A stretch of DNA of 64,000 bases from an uncultured candidatus Porisulfidus sp. (GCA_965204575.1 OZ241993.1:1024001-1088000), one strand, 5' to 3'. Shown: positions 12,423 to 23,540, numbered from the stretch's first letter. Notes: generated from the sequence alone by a model not told the origin. Translations and numbers: made by a program.

Positions 12423-12866
12423 CTAGGTATTATTCGGTTGTGTCGGGTAGACATCGTGTTCTGGGTCCCACCACAAGACTTCCATAACATTCTGCCTTCT
12501 TATACACCACACCCTTTCTTTGCTAGAAATGCGGAACGAATAAAGTTCGTCAACATCATCTTTATGGAGTCGCTGAAGACGATCTCTAGCGTCTTTCGCA
12601 AGTTTATCAACACCAATAGGGTGACTTCCTGTCCTTTTAATTTGCTCTTCATTCATTTGTTCGAAATCTGACAATTTCTTTACTACACGCTGGTGTGTTT
12701 TGGGGTCTGATAATTCCAACCAAGGCCAAGGACCATTTCTGTCACACGAACTGAATCTCCAAGATAAACGATGTTCTTTGTCCGAATCCTCGCCACTCTT
12801 CGCTTTTTTAGCGGGGTGGGGGAGTTCGAATGATGGGAGAAGTTTTTTGGCTGGCTTTTTACCCAA
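12423..12866 (-). CDS. putative toxin paired with a Panacea antitoxin (RelE/ParE-like C-terminus)
   Basis: Directly downstream of the DUF4065 gene; ELYSFRISSKERVWCIR...VLWWDPEH; low GC. Confidence 0.6.
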   Translation of the reverse strand: MGKKPAKKLLPSFELPHPAKKAKSGEDSDKEHRLSWRFSSCDRNGPWPWLELSDPKTHQRVVKKLSDFEQMNEEQIKRTGSHPIGVDKLAKDARDRLQRLHKDDVDELYSFRISSKERVWCIRRQNVMEVLWWDPEHDVYPTQPNNT

Positions 12867-12872
12867 GTTGTT

Positions 12873-13310
12873 TTACAAACCGGAGTAGTATTCAGCCATA
12901 GATGCATGGGTAATACATGCGTTTCCACGTTGTCCGCTGGCAAGACCCGCTTTTTCTCGCGCTTCTTGCCACGGAGCTTCCATGTGGGTCAAATCACTGA
13001 GCCACTGTGAAGACTTGTCACCATAGAAATCAAGAACAGCATTAATGGTTTCACGCTGTTCAGCATTCAGCAATTTCCATTCGGCACCCTTAATACTACC
13101 GATGCGAAACCTTCCTTTATGTTTGTTATACAAGTTCCGAATAACTGGGCCGTTCGCCCATGCTTCAATCCGATCATGGAAAATAGGCTTGTCATCCCAC
13201 ACAAGAGACCATGCCTGAGAGTAATAGACAAGCTTATGGAGTTTCATGGCAGGCATTGTGCCAAGATCTTTAAGAATGTAGGCGGCCACATCAATCGCCT
13301 GTACACCCAT
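12873..13310 (-). CDS. Panacea/SocA (DUF4065) antitoxin
   Basis: MKLHKLVYYSQAW, IEAWANGPV, LSDLTHMEAPW; AGGAGG RBS. Confidence 0.92.
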   Translation of the reverse strand: MGVQAIDVAAYILKDLGTMPAMKLHKLVYYSQAWSLVWDDKPIFHDRIEAWANGPVIRNLYNKHKGRFRIGSIKGAEWKLLNAEQRETINAVLDFYGDKSSQWLSDLTHMEAPWQEAREKAGLASGQRGNACITHASMAEYYSGL

Positions 13311-13696
13311 TTTTTGTTCCTCCTACAAAGTCCAAACAATCTGTAATTTCATTTGGGCCGTCATTATAATCCCATTTCTCTGTATTTTGAGGTTTGGGCG
13401 ACTGATTGAAGTAAATTATTGAAAGTATGCAGATTTCTTTATCCGATGCTACAACCACTCTGTATTTGTAGGATTGGGGGTCACTACAATCCGTGCATTA
13501 GGCTACAGACGCACTGATCGTCTATAACTTGGCGATGAGCTCCGGTTCGGTGGCGTGGCCAGCCGACCCGGTCTTTCTGGACGTCTTTCGGCGCGAGGCG
13601 CTGGAGGCGGAATATATATAGCAATTCCTGCTGCCGTCTGCTTCACGCAGGACGGAGGGTTGGGTTCAGCTTGGCAGGCGGGTGATTTCGGAGCGG

Positions 13697-14044
13697 CTAG
13701 TAGCCTTCCGTGGCCGGGGTCAGCACTTCACGGAAAAAAGGTGCCCAGGCCAGCAGCAGCAGCAGGACGAAGACCACCTCGGTCAAAAGCACTCTGCGCC
13801 AGCGGGCGCGTGCTTCCGGAACCGCGTCGGCGAGCCGAACCGACGACATGAGAATGTCGAACAGCAGCACGAAGAACACCAGCGGGGCGGCAACCGGAAG
13901 GATTAAGGTGCGAACCAGGTCGAGGCCGTGAAGGCTCAACGGGATGCCCGCCGGCGTCGCAGCCAGCGCCAGGGTGGCGGCCAACACTAGGAGCGTCACG
14001 CGCAGGACACCCAGTTCGGCGAAAAGCGCGCGGACCGAAATCAT
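13697..14044 (-). CDS. small integral membrane protein
   Basis: Three hydrophobic segments; start overlaps the sat stop. Confidence 0.7.
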   Translation of the reverse strand: MISVRALFAELGVLRVTLLVLAATLALAATPAGIPLSLHGLDLVRTLILPVAAPLVFFVLLFDILMSSVRLADAVPEARARWRRVLLTEVVFVLLLLLAWAPFFREVLTPATEGY

Positions 14045-15225
14045 AGGGACTGGTAGTAGTCCATCAGGATCCGGGCGATCTCCGGGCGCGCGAATTCAGG
14101 CGGCAGGTCCTCGCCGTTGGACAGCATCTCCCGAACCCGGGTGCCGGACAGCAGCACGAAGTCTTCCTTCTGGTGGTCCGGCGCGTCGCGCATCATCACC
14201 ACCTTGTCCAGCTTCTTGGAGTAGGCGGTATGGTCGGCGCGGAAGATCTCGATATCCAGCGCGCCTTCCGGCACATCCTCGTCGAAGATCGTCTGCGCGT
14301 CGAATGCCCCGTAGTAGTCGCCGACCCCGGCATGGTCGCGCCCGACGATCAGGTGCGTGCAGCCGGCGTTCTGGCGGAACACGGCGTGCAGCACGGCCTC
14401 GCGCGGCCCGGCGTACAGCATGTCGAAGCCGTAGCCGGTGATCATCACCGTGTTGGGCGGGAAGTAGAGTTCGACCATCTTGCGGATGGCGGCGTCGCGC
14501 ACATGGGCGGGGATGTCGCCGGGCTTGAGGCGGCCGAGCAGCATATGGACCAGCACCCCGTCGGCGCCGACCGTCTCCTTGGCGATCTTGCACAGCTCCT
14601 CGTGTGCGCGGTGCATCGGGTTGCGGGTCTGGAACGCGACCACGCGGTTCCAGCCACGCTCTTCGATCTCGTCGCGGATCTGCACCGCGGTGCGGAAAGT
14701 GCCGGCGAACTCGTCCGGGAAGTAGCTGTAGTCCAGCACTTCGACCGGCCCGGAAACCAGCGTGCGGCCGTTGTCGAGGAAGGTCTGGACGCCGGGATGC
14801 TCGGGATCGGTGGTCCGGTAGACCTGGTTGGCCAGGCGTTCGAAATCGGCTTCGGACAGGGTTTCGACCGCCTCGACCTGCTGGATGGCCAGCACCGGGT
14901 TGCCGTCCCGGTTGGAGTCGCGCAGGGCGATGCGCGACGCGCCCTCGATGGCGGAGGCGTCCTGCGTCTGGTTGAGGATCGGCACCGGCCAGAACAATCC
15001 GGACTCGGTATGCATCTCGCGGCCGATGCGCAGGGCGTCCGCGGCGTTCATGTAGCCGGTCAGCGGCGTGAAGTACCCGCCGGCCATCATGACGGCATTG
15101 GAGACGGCGGCGGAGTTGAGCAGCAGGGAAGGCAGGGATTCGGCTTCGTCCCGAAGCGCGGCCGCGCGTCCGGCATCTTCAACGGCGAGCGGAATCAGTC
15201 GCTCGCTGGCGTAGGGCTTGATCAT
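14041..15225 (-). CDS. sat: sulfate adenylyltransferase (sulfur-oxidiser type)
   Basis: AFQTRNPMHRAHE, YAGPREA, VGRDHAGVG; MIKP N-terminus as in chemoautotroph Sat. Confidence 0.96.
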   Translation of the reverse strand: MIKPYASERLIPLAVEDAGRAAALRDEAESLPSLLLNSAAVSNAVMMAGGYFTPLTGYMNAADALRIGREMHTESGLFWPVPILNQTQDASAIEGASRIALRDSNRDGNPVLAIQQVEAVETLSEADFERLANQVYRTTDPEHPGVQTFLDNGRTLVSGPVEVLDYSYFPDEFAGTFRTAVQIRDEIEERGWNRVVAFQTRNPMHRAHEELCKIAKETVGADGVLVHMLLGRLKPGDIPAHVRDAAIRKMVELYFPPNTVMITGYGFDMLYAGPREAVLHAVFRQNAGCTHLIVGRDHAGVGDYYGAFDAQTIFDEDVPEGALDIEIFRADHTAYSKKLDKVVMMRDAPDHQKEDFVLLSGTRVREMLSNGEDLPPEFARPEIARILMDYYQSL

Positions 15226-15301
15226 CGGTATCGTCCGTGAAAAAGGAAAACTATTTTACCGATAAGGGAGGATTTCTTCCGTTTCGCTGCCCGTAGCCGC
15301 A

Positions 15302-15328
15302 TTGAAACTGGCCTTCCGAGTCCCAATT
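15302..15328 (+). promoter_or_regulatory. sigma32 heat-shock promoter of clpB
   Basis: TTGAAA-N13-TCCCAATT resembles the RpoH consensus, about 30 nt before the clpB ATG. Confidence 0.7.
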
Positions 15329-15358
15329 TAATAAGGGGTTCGACAACCTATTGACGAC

Positions 15359-17932
15359 ATGAGAGTAGACAAGCTGACCCAGCCGTTCCAGCAGGCGCTG
15401 ATGGAAGCGCAGTCGTTGGCGGTTGGCCGGGACTGCCCGGAGATCGCCCCGGCGCACCTGATGACGGCCCTGCTCGAGCAGCCGGACACGGCGGCCGGCT
15501 CGCTGCTGCGCGAGGCGGGGGCGGATTTGAACCGTCTGCGCGATGGTCTGGTTCGGTGCCTCGAGACCCTGCCACAGGTGACTGGCGAGAAGGGTGAGGT
15601 GCGGTTCTCGCCCGACTTGCAGAAGTTGCTCAACATCTGCGACAAGCTTGCGCAGGATCGCGGCGACCAGTACATCGCGTCCGAACTGTTCCTGCTCGCG
15701 GCACAGCAGGATCGGGGAGAAATCGGGAAACTGCTGCGCGAGTGCGGCGTGGACGCCGAGCGCCTGATGCAGGCGATCGCCCAGCTGCAGGGTGACGAAC
15801 CCGTTACGGACCCAAATGCCGAACAGCACCGCCAGGCACTAGAGAAGTACACGGATGATCTGACCTGCCGTGCGGAGCAGGGCAAGATCGACCCGATCAT
15901 CGGCCGCGACGAGGAAATCCGGCGCGCGATCCAGATCCTGCAACGGCGTACCAAGAACAATCCGGTGCTGATCGGGGAGGCCGGCGTCGGCAAGACCGCA
16001 ATCGTCGAGGGGCTGGCGCTGCGCATCGTCAACGGCGAGGTGCCGGAGAGCCTGCGCAACCGGCGGGTGCTGGCGCTGGACATGGCGGCGTTGGTTGCCG
16101 GCACCAAGTTCCGCGGCGAATTCGAGGAGCGGCTCAAGGCGGTCCTCAAGGAACTGGCGCAGCAGGAAGACGCAGTCATCCTGTTCATCGACGAATTGCA
16201 CACCCTGGTCGGCGCCGGGCGGGCGGAAGGCTCGATGGATGCCGGCAACATGCTCAAGCCGGCGCTGGCGCGCGGCGAACTGCACTGCATCGGCGCCACC
16301 ACCCTGGACGAGTACCGCGAGAACCTGGAGAAGGACGCGGCGCTGGAACGCCGATTCCAGAAGATCCTGGTCGACGAACCGAGCGTGGAGGACACCATCG
16401 CGATCCTGCGCGGGATCAAGGAGCGCTACGAGGTTCACCACGGGGTCGAGATCACGGATCCGGCGCTGGTCGCCGCCGCCACCCTGTCGTCGCGCTACCT
16501 GACCGACCGCCGCCTGCCGGACAAGGCGATCGACCTGGTCGACGAGGCGGCCTCGCGCATTCGCATGGAGGTCGAGTCCATGCCGGAAGAGATGGACCGC
16601 CTGGACCGGCGCATGATTCAGCTCAAGATCGAACGCCAGGCCCTGCGCAAGGAGGACGATCCGGCCTCCCGCGAGCGGCTGAAGGTGCTGGAGGAAGAAC
16701 TGGCGCGCCTGGAGAAGGAGTATGCCGACCTGGAGGAGGTCTGGAAGGCCGAGAAGTCGGCGGTCAGCGATACCGCCCGGCTCAAGAAGGAACTGGACCA
16801 GGCGCGGCTCGAAATGGACCGGGCGCGGCGTGAGAACGACCTGGAGCGTGCCGCGGAACTGCAGCACGGGATCATCCCGGACCTTCAGCGCCAGCTGGAG
16901 CAGGCACATGACTCGGAGAAGCCGCAGGCGACCCTGTTCCAGGACATCGTCACCGAAGAGGAAATCGCCGAGGTGGTGGCGCGTGCGACCGGCATCCCGG
17001 TGTCCCGGATGCTGGAGGGAGAGAAAGAGCGGCTGCTGCGCATGGAGGAGGCGCTGCACCGGCGGGTGGTCGGCCAGGACGAGGCCGTGACCGCGGTCTG
17101 CCACGCAATCCGGCGCTCCCGCTCCGGGCTGACCGACCCGGGCCGCCCGATCGGGTCTTTCCTGTTCCTGGGGCCGACCGGTGTGGGCAAGACCGAACTA
17201 TGCAAGGCGCTGGCGGAATTCCTGTTCGACCAGGAGTCGGCGATGGTGCGCGTGGACATGTCGGAGTTCATGGAAAAGCATTCCGTGGCGCGGTTGATTG
17301 GCGCGCCGCCTGGGTACGTGGGCTACGAGGAAGGCGGCCGGTTGACCGAAGCGGTGCGCCGCCGCCCGTTCACGGTGGTCTTGCTCGACGAGATCGAGAA
17401 GGCGCACCCGGACGTGTTCAACGTGCTGTTGCAACTGCTCGACGACGGCCGCCTGACGGACGGCCACGGCCGGACCGTAAGTTTTGCCAATGCGGTGGTG
17501 GCGATGACCTCCAACCTGGGCAGCGACACGGTGCAGAAGATGGCGCGCGAGTCGCACGAGGACCTGAAGCTTGCCCTGCAGGAGCGGTTGACGGAGCACT
17601 TCCGCCCGGAATTCATCAACCGGATTGACGAGACGCTGGTGTTCCGGGCATTGCAGCGCGAACAGATCCACGAGATCGTCCGCATCCAGGTCGAGCGGCT
17701 CAAGGAGCGCTTAGCCGAGCGCAACCTGGCGCTGGAGTTGTCGGACGAAGCCGTCGAATTCATCGGCAATGCCGGCTACGACCCGGACTACGGCGCGCGA
17801 CCCCTGCGCCGGGTGTTGCGCAACGACCTGGAGAACCCGTTGGCTCAGGCGCTTCTGGAGGGGAAATTCCTGCCCGGCCAGACGGTGCAGGTGGATTGCG
17901 GGAAAGAGGGCCTCCGCCTTATCGCGGCGTAA
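15359..17932 (+). CDS. clpB: ATP-dependent disaggregase ClpB
   Basis: Two AAA+ modules ([16 protein letters not shown]), coiled-coil middle domain, 857 aa. Confidence 0.98.
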   Translation: MRVDKLTQPFQQALMEAQSLAVGRDCPEIAPAHLMTALLEQPDTAAGSLLREAGADLNRLRDGLVRCLETLPQVTGEKGEVRFSPDLQKLLNICDKLAQDRGDQYIASELFLLAAQQDRGEIGKLLRECGVDAERLMQAIAQLQGDEPVTDPNAEQHRQALEKYTDDLTCRAEQGKIDPIIGRDEEIRRAIQILQRRTKNNPVLIGEAGVGKTAIVEGLALRIVNGEVPESLRNRRVLALDMAALVAGTKFRGEFEERLKAVLKELAQQEDAVILFIDELHTLVGAGRAEGSMDAGNMLKPALARGELHCIGATTLDEYRENLEKDAALERRFQKILVDEPSVEDTIAILRGIKERYEVHHGVEITDPALVAAATLSSRYLTDRRLPDKAIDLVDEAASRIRMEVESMPEEMDRLDRRMIQLKIERQALRKEDDPASRERLKVLEEELARLEKEYADLEEVWKAEKSAVSDTARLKKELDQARLEMDRARRENDLERAAELQHGIIPDLQRQLEQAHDSEKPQATLFQDIVTEEEIAEVVARATGIPVSRMLEGEKERLLRMEEALHRRVVGQDEAVTAVCHAIRRSRSGLTDPGRPIGSFLFLGPTGVGKTELCKALAEFLFDQESAMVRVDMSEFMEKHSVARLIGAPPGYVGYEEGGRLTEAVRRRPFTVVLLDEIEKAHPDVFNVLLQLLDDGRLTDGHGRTVSFANAVVAMTSNLGSDTVQKMARESHEDLKLALQERLTEHFRPEFINRIDETLVFRALQREQIHEIVRIQVERLKERLAERNLALELSDEAVEFIGNAGYDPDYGARPLRRVLRNDLENPLAQALLEGKFLPGQTVQVDCGKEGLRLIAA

Positions 17933-17934
17933 CT

Positions 17935-18030
17935 TTCGCCAGCAGGAATTCCATCAGGACATCCACGAAATGGACGACCTTGTTCCGCGCAATGGTCGGT
18001 AAGACCATCACCTGCAAGGAACCTACGTCA
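17935..18030 (+). pseudogene. remnant of an IS1595-family transposase C-terminus
   Basis: FASRNSIR.. / EMDDLV / AMVGKTITCKEPT resembles the tail FAGRHGVR..RMAGKRLPY of the IS1595 at 58420-58530. Confidence 0.45.
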
Positions 18031-18105
18031 CAAATCCGGGCTGAATTTAGGGGGAAGACGCACGAAAATTTGACAGGAATCATTAGTGGTGCTAGGTTTT
18101 GACCC

Positions 18106-18324
18106 ATGCCGGAGCATAAAATTCAAAGGGCTAAATCTTTCCGTTCGGGTTTTCTCGACGGAGTGATCTTTTTGTTAAGAATTAATGAAATGGATTCTTT
18201 GGAGGAGAGAAGCCGCCGGAGGATTCAAGATTACGATCCCAGTTATTTAAGGGAATCTGGAGATCTCGAACGGATTGGACGCGATATGAGGGAAGCGTTT
18301 TCAAATGTAGTAGATGTCCCGTAA
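18106..18324 (+). CDS. hypothetical protein upstream of the DUF2335 gene
   Basis: 72-aa ORF in a low-GC islet. Confidence 0.55.
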   Translation: MPEHKIQRAKSFRSGFLDGVIFLLRINEMDSLEERSRRRIQDYDPSYLRESGDLERIGRDMREAFSNVVDVP

Positions 18325-18375
18325 AAAGACCAGACGGGAACGAGCAAGTCGTTCGAACTTGTCTCCACAAAAAGA

Positions 18376-18762
18376 GTGCCCCGGCAAACAAATCCAGCAG
18401 AACCCGCCGAACAAGAAAATCAAGCCCTGATTCAGACAGAGAGCAGTTTTTCCGGTCCTTTGCCACATCCGGAACTTTTTGCTCAATACGATAAGGTTTT
18501 GCCTGGCACGGCTGAACGGATATTAAAAATGACCGAGTCTGAACAGGGGCATCGGCATTCTTTAGTTAGAGCTGTTCTCAAAGGAGATCAGCGCTATCGA
18601 CTTTTCGGGATGACATTTGCTTTTCTTATCTGGATGGGAGCCATTGGTGGAGCTATATATCTGATCTCCATTGACAAAGATTGGATGGGCGGTTTCATTT
18701 TCTTTATTGCCCTGGCAGGAATCGTCCGACAATTTATTCAAGGGAAAAGCCAGAACAAGTGA
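18376..18762 (+). CDS. DUF2335 membrane protein
   Basis: SFSGPLPHPELFAQYDKVLPGTAERILKMTESEQGHRH plus two TM helices; start uncertain. Confidence 0.85.
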   Translation: MPRQTNPAEPAEQENQALIQTESSFSGPLPHPELFAQYDKVLPGTAERILKMTESEQGHRHSLVRAVLKGDQRYRLFGMTFAFLIWMGAIGGAIYLISIDKDWMGGFIFFIALAGIVRQFIQGKSQNK

Positions 18763-19179
18763 AGAAAAGCAAGGCAGGCATTCCGATACCTTCATTTGTC
18801 AACTACTCGCTATGATTCCCCTTGTTTTTCAGAAGGTGTGGCTTCCATGTGTGCTAGTTGCCGGGGCAGCCGGATAAGGGAATTTTTTGATAGGAAATGG
18901 AGTTTGGCTGAATAACAAGAGCCAAAGAAATGATGAGAGCCAAATCCCGTCAACCCCGCTCGGGCCCTCTACCTTGGTACCTGCATCGGAGGTTGGCATG
19001 GTAGGATTTATTCCCGGCAATGAATCCATGGAGTAACCCATGGTTAGAAGACTTAATCCGCCGCCACCGCCACCGCCGTATCCTTCCAGGCAGAGTTAGT
19101 TGCTAATCGGGCTTGACAGCCTTCAATTCCGGAAAAATCGGATCGCTGGGCAAGAAGTGTCTTTTGCCGGACGCTGTCT

Positions 19180-19253
19180 AGGGGAAATTCCTGCCTGGCC
19201 AGACGGTCCAGGTGGATTGCGGAGAAGGGGGCCTGCGCTTCAGTTCGGCGTGA
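19180..19253 (+). repeat. stranded copy of the clpB 3' end (diverged repeat of 17859-17932)
   Basis: Encodes [23 protein letters not shown] versus [23 protein letters not shown]; same length; overlaps the proS stop. Confidence 0.93.
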
Positions 19254-20958
19254 TTCTCGCCTGCAGGAACTCCAGCAGTCCGTCTGCCGTCACATCTTCC
19301 GCCTCGTCGAGGTTGCGACGATGCCGGTATTCCAGCCGGCCTTCTTCGAGCGTGCGCGGACTGATGACCACCCGGTGAGGGATGCCGACCAGGTCGGCTT
19401 CGGCAAACATGACCCCCGGGCGCAGGTTGCGGTCGTCGAGCAGGACCTCAATGCCAAGTTCCCTGCATTGCCCATATAGCGTTTCGGCGGTATCGCGAAC
19501 CGTATCGTCGCGATCGGCACCGATCGGGCACAGCAGGACGGAAAAGGGTGCCATCGCATCCGGCCAGATGATGCCATGCTCATCGTGGTTTTGTTCGATG
19601 GCGGCGGCCACGATCCGGGTAATGCCGATGCCGTAGCAGCCCATCGTGACGACCTGAGCCTTGCCGTCGGGATCCAGTACGGTGCAGTCCATGGCCTGAC
19701 TGTATTTGTTGCCGAGCTGGAAGATGTGGCCGACTTCAATGCCGCGCGCACTGCGTACGGGACCGCTCCCGTCCGGACTCGTTTCCCCGTCCTCAAGGTT
19801 GCGGATATCGCAGATCTGGTCCGGAGTCGCGTCGCGCTCCCAGTTGACGCCGGTGTAGTGCACGCCCTCGCGGTTGGCGCCGCACACGAAATCCGAAAGC
19901 ACGGCTGCGCTGGCATCGACGTAGAGGGGCAGTTCAAGCCCGGCAGGCCCCAGCGAACCAACCGGGCAACCGAGCTTCTTCTGGACTTCCTCTTCATCTG
20001 CAAAGCACAACGGGCTTCGGACGCCTTCGATCTTGGCAGCCTTCACCGCATTCAGGCGATGATCGCCGCGCAGGATCAGCGCGACCAGCGAGCCTTCCTC
20101 CTCACCCTGGACGATCAGGGTCTTGACCGACTGTTCCGGCGGCGTGCCGAGGAACTCCGAGACCTCCTCGATGGTGTGCTGGCCGGGGGTGTCGACCTCT
20201 TTCATTTCCTGGGTCGGCTCGGGACGCGGGGACTCCGGGGCCGGGGCGGGCGCCTGCTCCACGTTGGCCGCGTAATCCGACTGCTCCGAATACACGATCT
20301 CGTCTTCGCCGGAATCCGCCAGTACGTGGAATTCGTGCGACAGGGCACCGCCGATCGCACCCGAATCGGCCCGCACGTATCGATATTCGAGCCCCAGGCG
20401 GTCGAAGATCCGGCAGTAGGCGAGGCGCATCTCCTCGTAGGTCTCATCCAGGCTGGCCGGGTCGAGATGGAACGAATAGGCGTCCTTCATCACGAATTCC
20501 CGGGCCCGCATCACGCCGAAACGGGGGCGGATCTCGTCCCGGAACTTGGTCTGGATCTGGTAGTAGTTCACCGGCAGCTGGCGGTAGCTCTTGAGTTCGC
20601 GCCGCGCGATGTCGGTGATGACTTCCTCGTGGGTCGGGCCGAAGCAGAATTCCCGTTCGTGGCGGTCGGCGAAGCGCAGCAGTTCCGGCCCGTACTGCTC
20701 CCAGCGCCCGGATTCGTGCCACAATTCCGCCGGTTGCACGGCCGGCATCAGCAATTCCACGGCACCGCTGCGGTCCATTTCCTCGCGCACGATGGTTTCG
20801 ACCTTGCGCGCAACCTTCAGGCCGAAGGGCATCCAGCTGTACAGCCCGGCGGCCAGCATCCGGATGAGGCCGGCGCGCAGCATCAACTGGTGGCTCACGA
20901 TCTCGGCATCGGCCGGGGTCTCCTTGAGCGTGGTCAGAGGCAGTCGGGACAGGCGCAT
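19240..20958 (-). CDS. proS: prolyl-tRNA synthetase
   Basis: [40 protein letters not shown]; INS editing domain. Confidence 0.98.
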   Translation of the reverse strand: MRLSRLPLTTLKETPADAEIVSHQLMLRAGLIRMLAAGLYSWMPFGLKVARKVETIVREEMDRSGAVELLMPAVQPAELWHESGRWEQYGPELLRFADRHEREFCFGPTHEEVITDIARRELKSYRQLPVNYYQIQTKFRDEIRPRFGVMRAREFVMKDAYSFHLDPASLDETYEEMRLAYCRIFDRLGLEYRYVRADSGAIGGALSHEFHVLADSGEDEIVYSEQSDYAANVEQAPAPAPESPRPEPTQEMKEVDTPGQHTIEEVSEFLGTPPEQSVKTLIVQGEEEGSLVALILRGDHRLNAVKAAKIEGVRSPLCFADEEEVQKKLGCPVGSLGPAGLELPLYVDASAAVLSDFVCGANREGVHYTGVNWERDATPDQICDIRNLEDGETSPDGSGPVRSARGIEVGHIFQLGNKYSQAMDCTVLDPDGKAQVVTMGCYGIGITRIVAAAIEQNHDEHGIIWPDAMAPFSVLLCPIGADRDDTVRDTAETLYGQCRELGIEVLLDDRNLRPGVMFAEADLVGIPHRVVISPRTLEEGRLEYRHRRNLDEAEDVTADGLLEFLQARITPN

Positions 20959-21065
20959 GGTCGACGGTCAGGCGCGCCCATCATACAGAAACAAAGGCGC
21001 CGGGCGGGCAGCGCCACGAATGTCCTGTCGGCTTTCGCTTCGGTGCGGGCTCGCTGAAAATCCGG

Positions 21066-21380
21066 TCACGCAAATGCTTCTCGATGCTGTGGCTCTTGCG
21101 CCGCATGTTGCCGGCGCGCCTGGGCCAGTTCATAACTCGCCTGCATGCGCATCCAGTGATCGGCAGTTCCCCAGCCGATGTTTTCCAGTGCGAGTGCCAT
21201 GTTGGCGGATAATCCCGCCTTGCCGTTCAGCAGGCGCGACAAGGTCCCCCGCTCGCAATGCAGGTGGGCAGCCGTCTCGGTGACATTCCAGCCGACTGCT
21301 TCAATGTTTTCACGAATCAGTTCGCCCAGATGCGGTGGATTCAGCATCGGGCGGGCGCGTTTGCTGTCGTTTCTGTTCAT
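21066..21380 (-). CDS. higA: HigA-family antitoxin (orphan)
   Basis: NPPHLGELIRE, HTH, WMRMQASYEL; no adjacent higB. Confidence 0.88.
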   Translation of the reverse strand: MNRNDSKRARPMLNPPHLGELIRENIEAVGWNVTETAAHLHCERGTLSRLLNGKAGLSANMALALENIGWGTADHWMRMQASYELAQARRQHAAQEPQHREAFA

Positions 21381-21569
21381 GGATTCTGCCCCTTCCCGTT
21401 TTGTGGCGTCGATCTGGTCATTCCCGGTCGTCACGGAGGTATTGTGGCGTGTCGTGCCATGTGCTGCAACCCGCGGGCACTTTCGAGGGTGGGACATGGC
21501 GGAGATCGGATACGCCCGCGCAACATCCGCGGTGTATACTTGCAGGAATCCCATGAGCGCGTACCCGCG

Positions 21570-22481
21570 ATGTCCGACCGCCGCCTGAAAGCCTTCTACA
21601 CGGTGGCCCGGCTGCTGAGTTTTACCAAGGCGGCCAAAGTCCTGCACCTGACCCAGCCGGCGGTGACGTTCCAGATCCGGCAGTTGGAGGATTACTACAA
21701 GACGCGTCTGTTCGACCGGACGCACAATCGCATCACGCTGACCGAATCCGGCGCCAAGGTGTACGAGTACGCGCGCCAGATCTTCGAGTTGTACAACGAA
21801 CTGGAAACCGAGATGAACCGCATCGCCGGCGACCTGACCGGGCCGGTCACGGTCGGCGCCAGCAACACCATCGCGGTGTACATGCTGCCGCGGATGCTGC
21901 GCGAGTTCCGCACCCACCACCCGGAAATGGTATTGCGCCTGAAGGTCTCGAACACCGAAGGGGTGGCGACGATGGTGGAGAGCGGCACGGCCGACCTCGG
22001 CATCGTGGAAGGGCCGGTGAGCGACAAGGCCTTGCTGGTGGAGATGTGCAAGATGGACGAACTGGTGGCGATCGCGCCGCCCAGGCACCCGCTCCTGCAC
22101 AGCGCGCCGGTGCGCATCAGCCAGGTGCTGCAGCACCCGTTCGTCATGCGCGAGGAAGGGTCCGGGACCCGCAAGGTCATCATGAACTACCTGGAAAACC
22201 AGCGCATCGGCGTCGACCGCATCGACATCGTGATGGAACTCGGCGGCCTGGAGGCGATCAAGGCCGCGGTGGAGTCCGGCATGGGCGTGTCAATCCTCTC
22301 GCGCGAGACCATCCACAAGGAGTTGCAGCTGCGCACCCTGAGTTGCGCGTCCCTGACCCCGGCGCTGACCCGCCAGCTGTCCCTGGTCAGCCTGCGCCAG
22401 CCGCACCGCCCCCCGACCGTGGAAGCCCTGCGGGACTTCGCCATGGATTTCTACGCCGCCGTGCCGGAGGCAGCCGCGTGA
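21570..22481 (+). CDS. LysR-family regulator
   Basis: SFTKAAKVLHLTQPAVTFQIRQLE HTH, REEGSGTR; TATACT box upstream at 21535-21540. Confidence 0.92.
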   Translation: MSDRRLKAFYTVARLLSFTKAAKVLHLTQPAVTFQIRQLEDYYKTRLFDRTHNRITLTESGAKVYEYARQIFELYNELETEMNRIAGDLTGPVTVGASNTIAVYMLPRMLREFRTHHPEMVLRLKVSNTEGVATMVESGTADLGIVEGPVSDKALLVEMCKMDELVAIAPPRHPLLHSAPVRISQVLQHPFVMREEGSGTRKVIMNYLENQRIGVDRIDIVMELGGLEAIKAAVESGMGVSILSRETIHKELQLRTLSCASLTPALTRQLSLVSLRQPHRPPTVEALRDFAMDFYAAVPEAAA

Positions 22482-23533
22482 TCAAGGTGTTCCGCGAATG
22501 GTACGGGCGGCATTTCACGGACCCGCAGCAGGTCACCCTGCTGTTGCTGATCGGCCTGGGGCTGGCCCTGGCCCTGTTCATCGGCGACATCCTGGCGCCG
22601 CTTCTGGTCAGCGTCCTTCTGGCCTACATCCTCGAAGGGCTGATCCGCACGCTGGAGGAGGCCCGGATCCCGCGGTTGTTCTCCTTCCTCCTGGTCTACG
22701 TCCTGTTCGTGGCGGTCCTGTTGCTGTTGCTGCTGCGCCTGGTGCCGGTGCTGTCGGAACAGATCGTGGATCTCGCGGCGCGGCTGCCGAGCATGGTCGC
22801 GGCGGGGCAGCGTTGGGTCGAGTCGCTCCCGGACCTTTACCCGGAACTGGTCAGCCCGACCCAGGTGGAACAGATCCTGACGGCGGTGCGGGTGGAAGTG
22901 CTGGCGTTCGCGGACGAGATCATCCGCTTTTCCCTGGACACGGTGGTGGACGTGCTGTCGATCGTGGTGTACACGGTCGTCGTGCCGATCCTGGTGTTCT
23001 TCCTGCTCAAGGACAAGCGGCGGATCCTGGACTGGGCCAAGACCTACCTGCCGGCACCGCAGTCGCTCAGTTCCCGGGTCTGGGGCGAAATGGACCTGAA
23101 GGTGTCGCAGTACCTCCGCGGCAAGCTGATCGAGATCGGGGTGGTCTGGGTCGCGACGTTCTTCGCGTTCGCGCTGTTCGGCCTGCAGTATGCGCTGCTG
23201 CTGTCGTTCCTGGTCGGACTGTCGGTCATCATCCCGTACGTGGGCGCGGTGGTGGTGACGGTCCCGGTGATGCTGGTTGCCGCCTTCCAGTGGGGCCTGA
23301 GCCCGGAGTTCGCCTACCTGATGCTGGCCTACCTCGTGATCCAGTTCCTGGACGGAAACCTTCTGGTGCCGCTGCTGTTCTCGGAGGCGGTCGACCTCCA
23401 TCCGGCCGCCATCCTGACCGCGATCCTGGTGTTCGGCGGGTTCTGGGGCGTATGGGGCGTGCTGTTCGCCATCCCCTTGGCTTCGCTGATCGACGTGGTG
23501 CTGCGCAGTTGGCCGCGCGCCGCGCCGGACTAG
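22478..23533 (+). CDS. perM: AI-2E family transporter (PerM-like)
   Basis: Multi-TM; IPYVGA, IQFLDGNLLVPLLFSEAV, WGVLFAIPLA. Confidence 0.88.
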   Translation: MIKVFREWYGRHFTDPQQVTLLLLIGLGLALALFIGDILAPLLVSVLLAYILEGLIRTLEEARIPRLFSFLLVYVLFVAVLLLLLLRLVPVLSEQIVDLAARLPSMVAAGQRWVESLPDLYPELVSPTQVEQILTAVRVEVLAFADEIIRFSLDTVVDVLSIVVYTVVVPILVFFLLKDKRRILDWAKTYLPAPQSLSSRVWGEMDLKVSQYLRGKLIEIGVVWVATFFAFALFGLQYALLLSFLVGLSVIIPYVGAVVVTVPVMLVAAFQWGLSPEFAYLMLAYLVIQFLDGNLLVPLLFSEAVDLHPAAILTAILVFGGFWGVWGVLFAIPLASLIDVVLRSWPRAAPD

Positions 23534-23540
23534 GGAAGAA

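Noticed and set aside
13360-13373. GTCATTATAATCCC and similar strings (13480, 42483, 60161) as IS1595 termini
   Set aside because: No matching pair or TSD found; the 13360 copy is better explained as the -10 box of the Panacea gene
13619-13640. sigma54-like site on the minus strand as a displaced urtA promoter
   Set aside because: GG to GC spacing is 11 nt, not 10
18829-19100. Gly-run minus-strand ORF fragment in the clpB islet
   Set aside because: No RBS or recognisable family; probably decayed sequence
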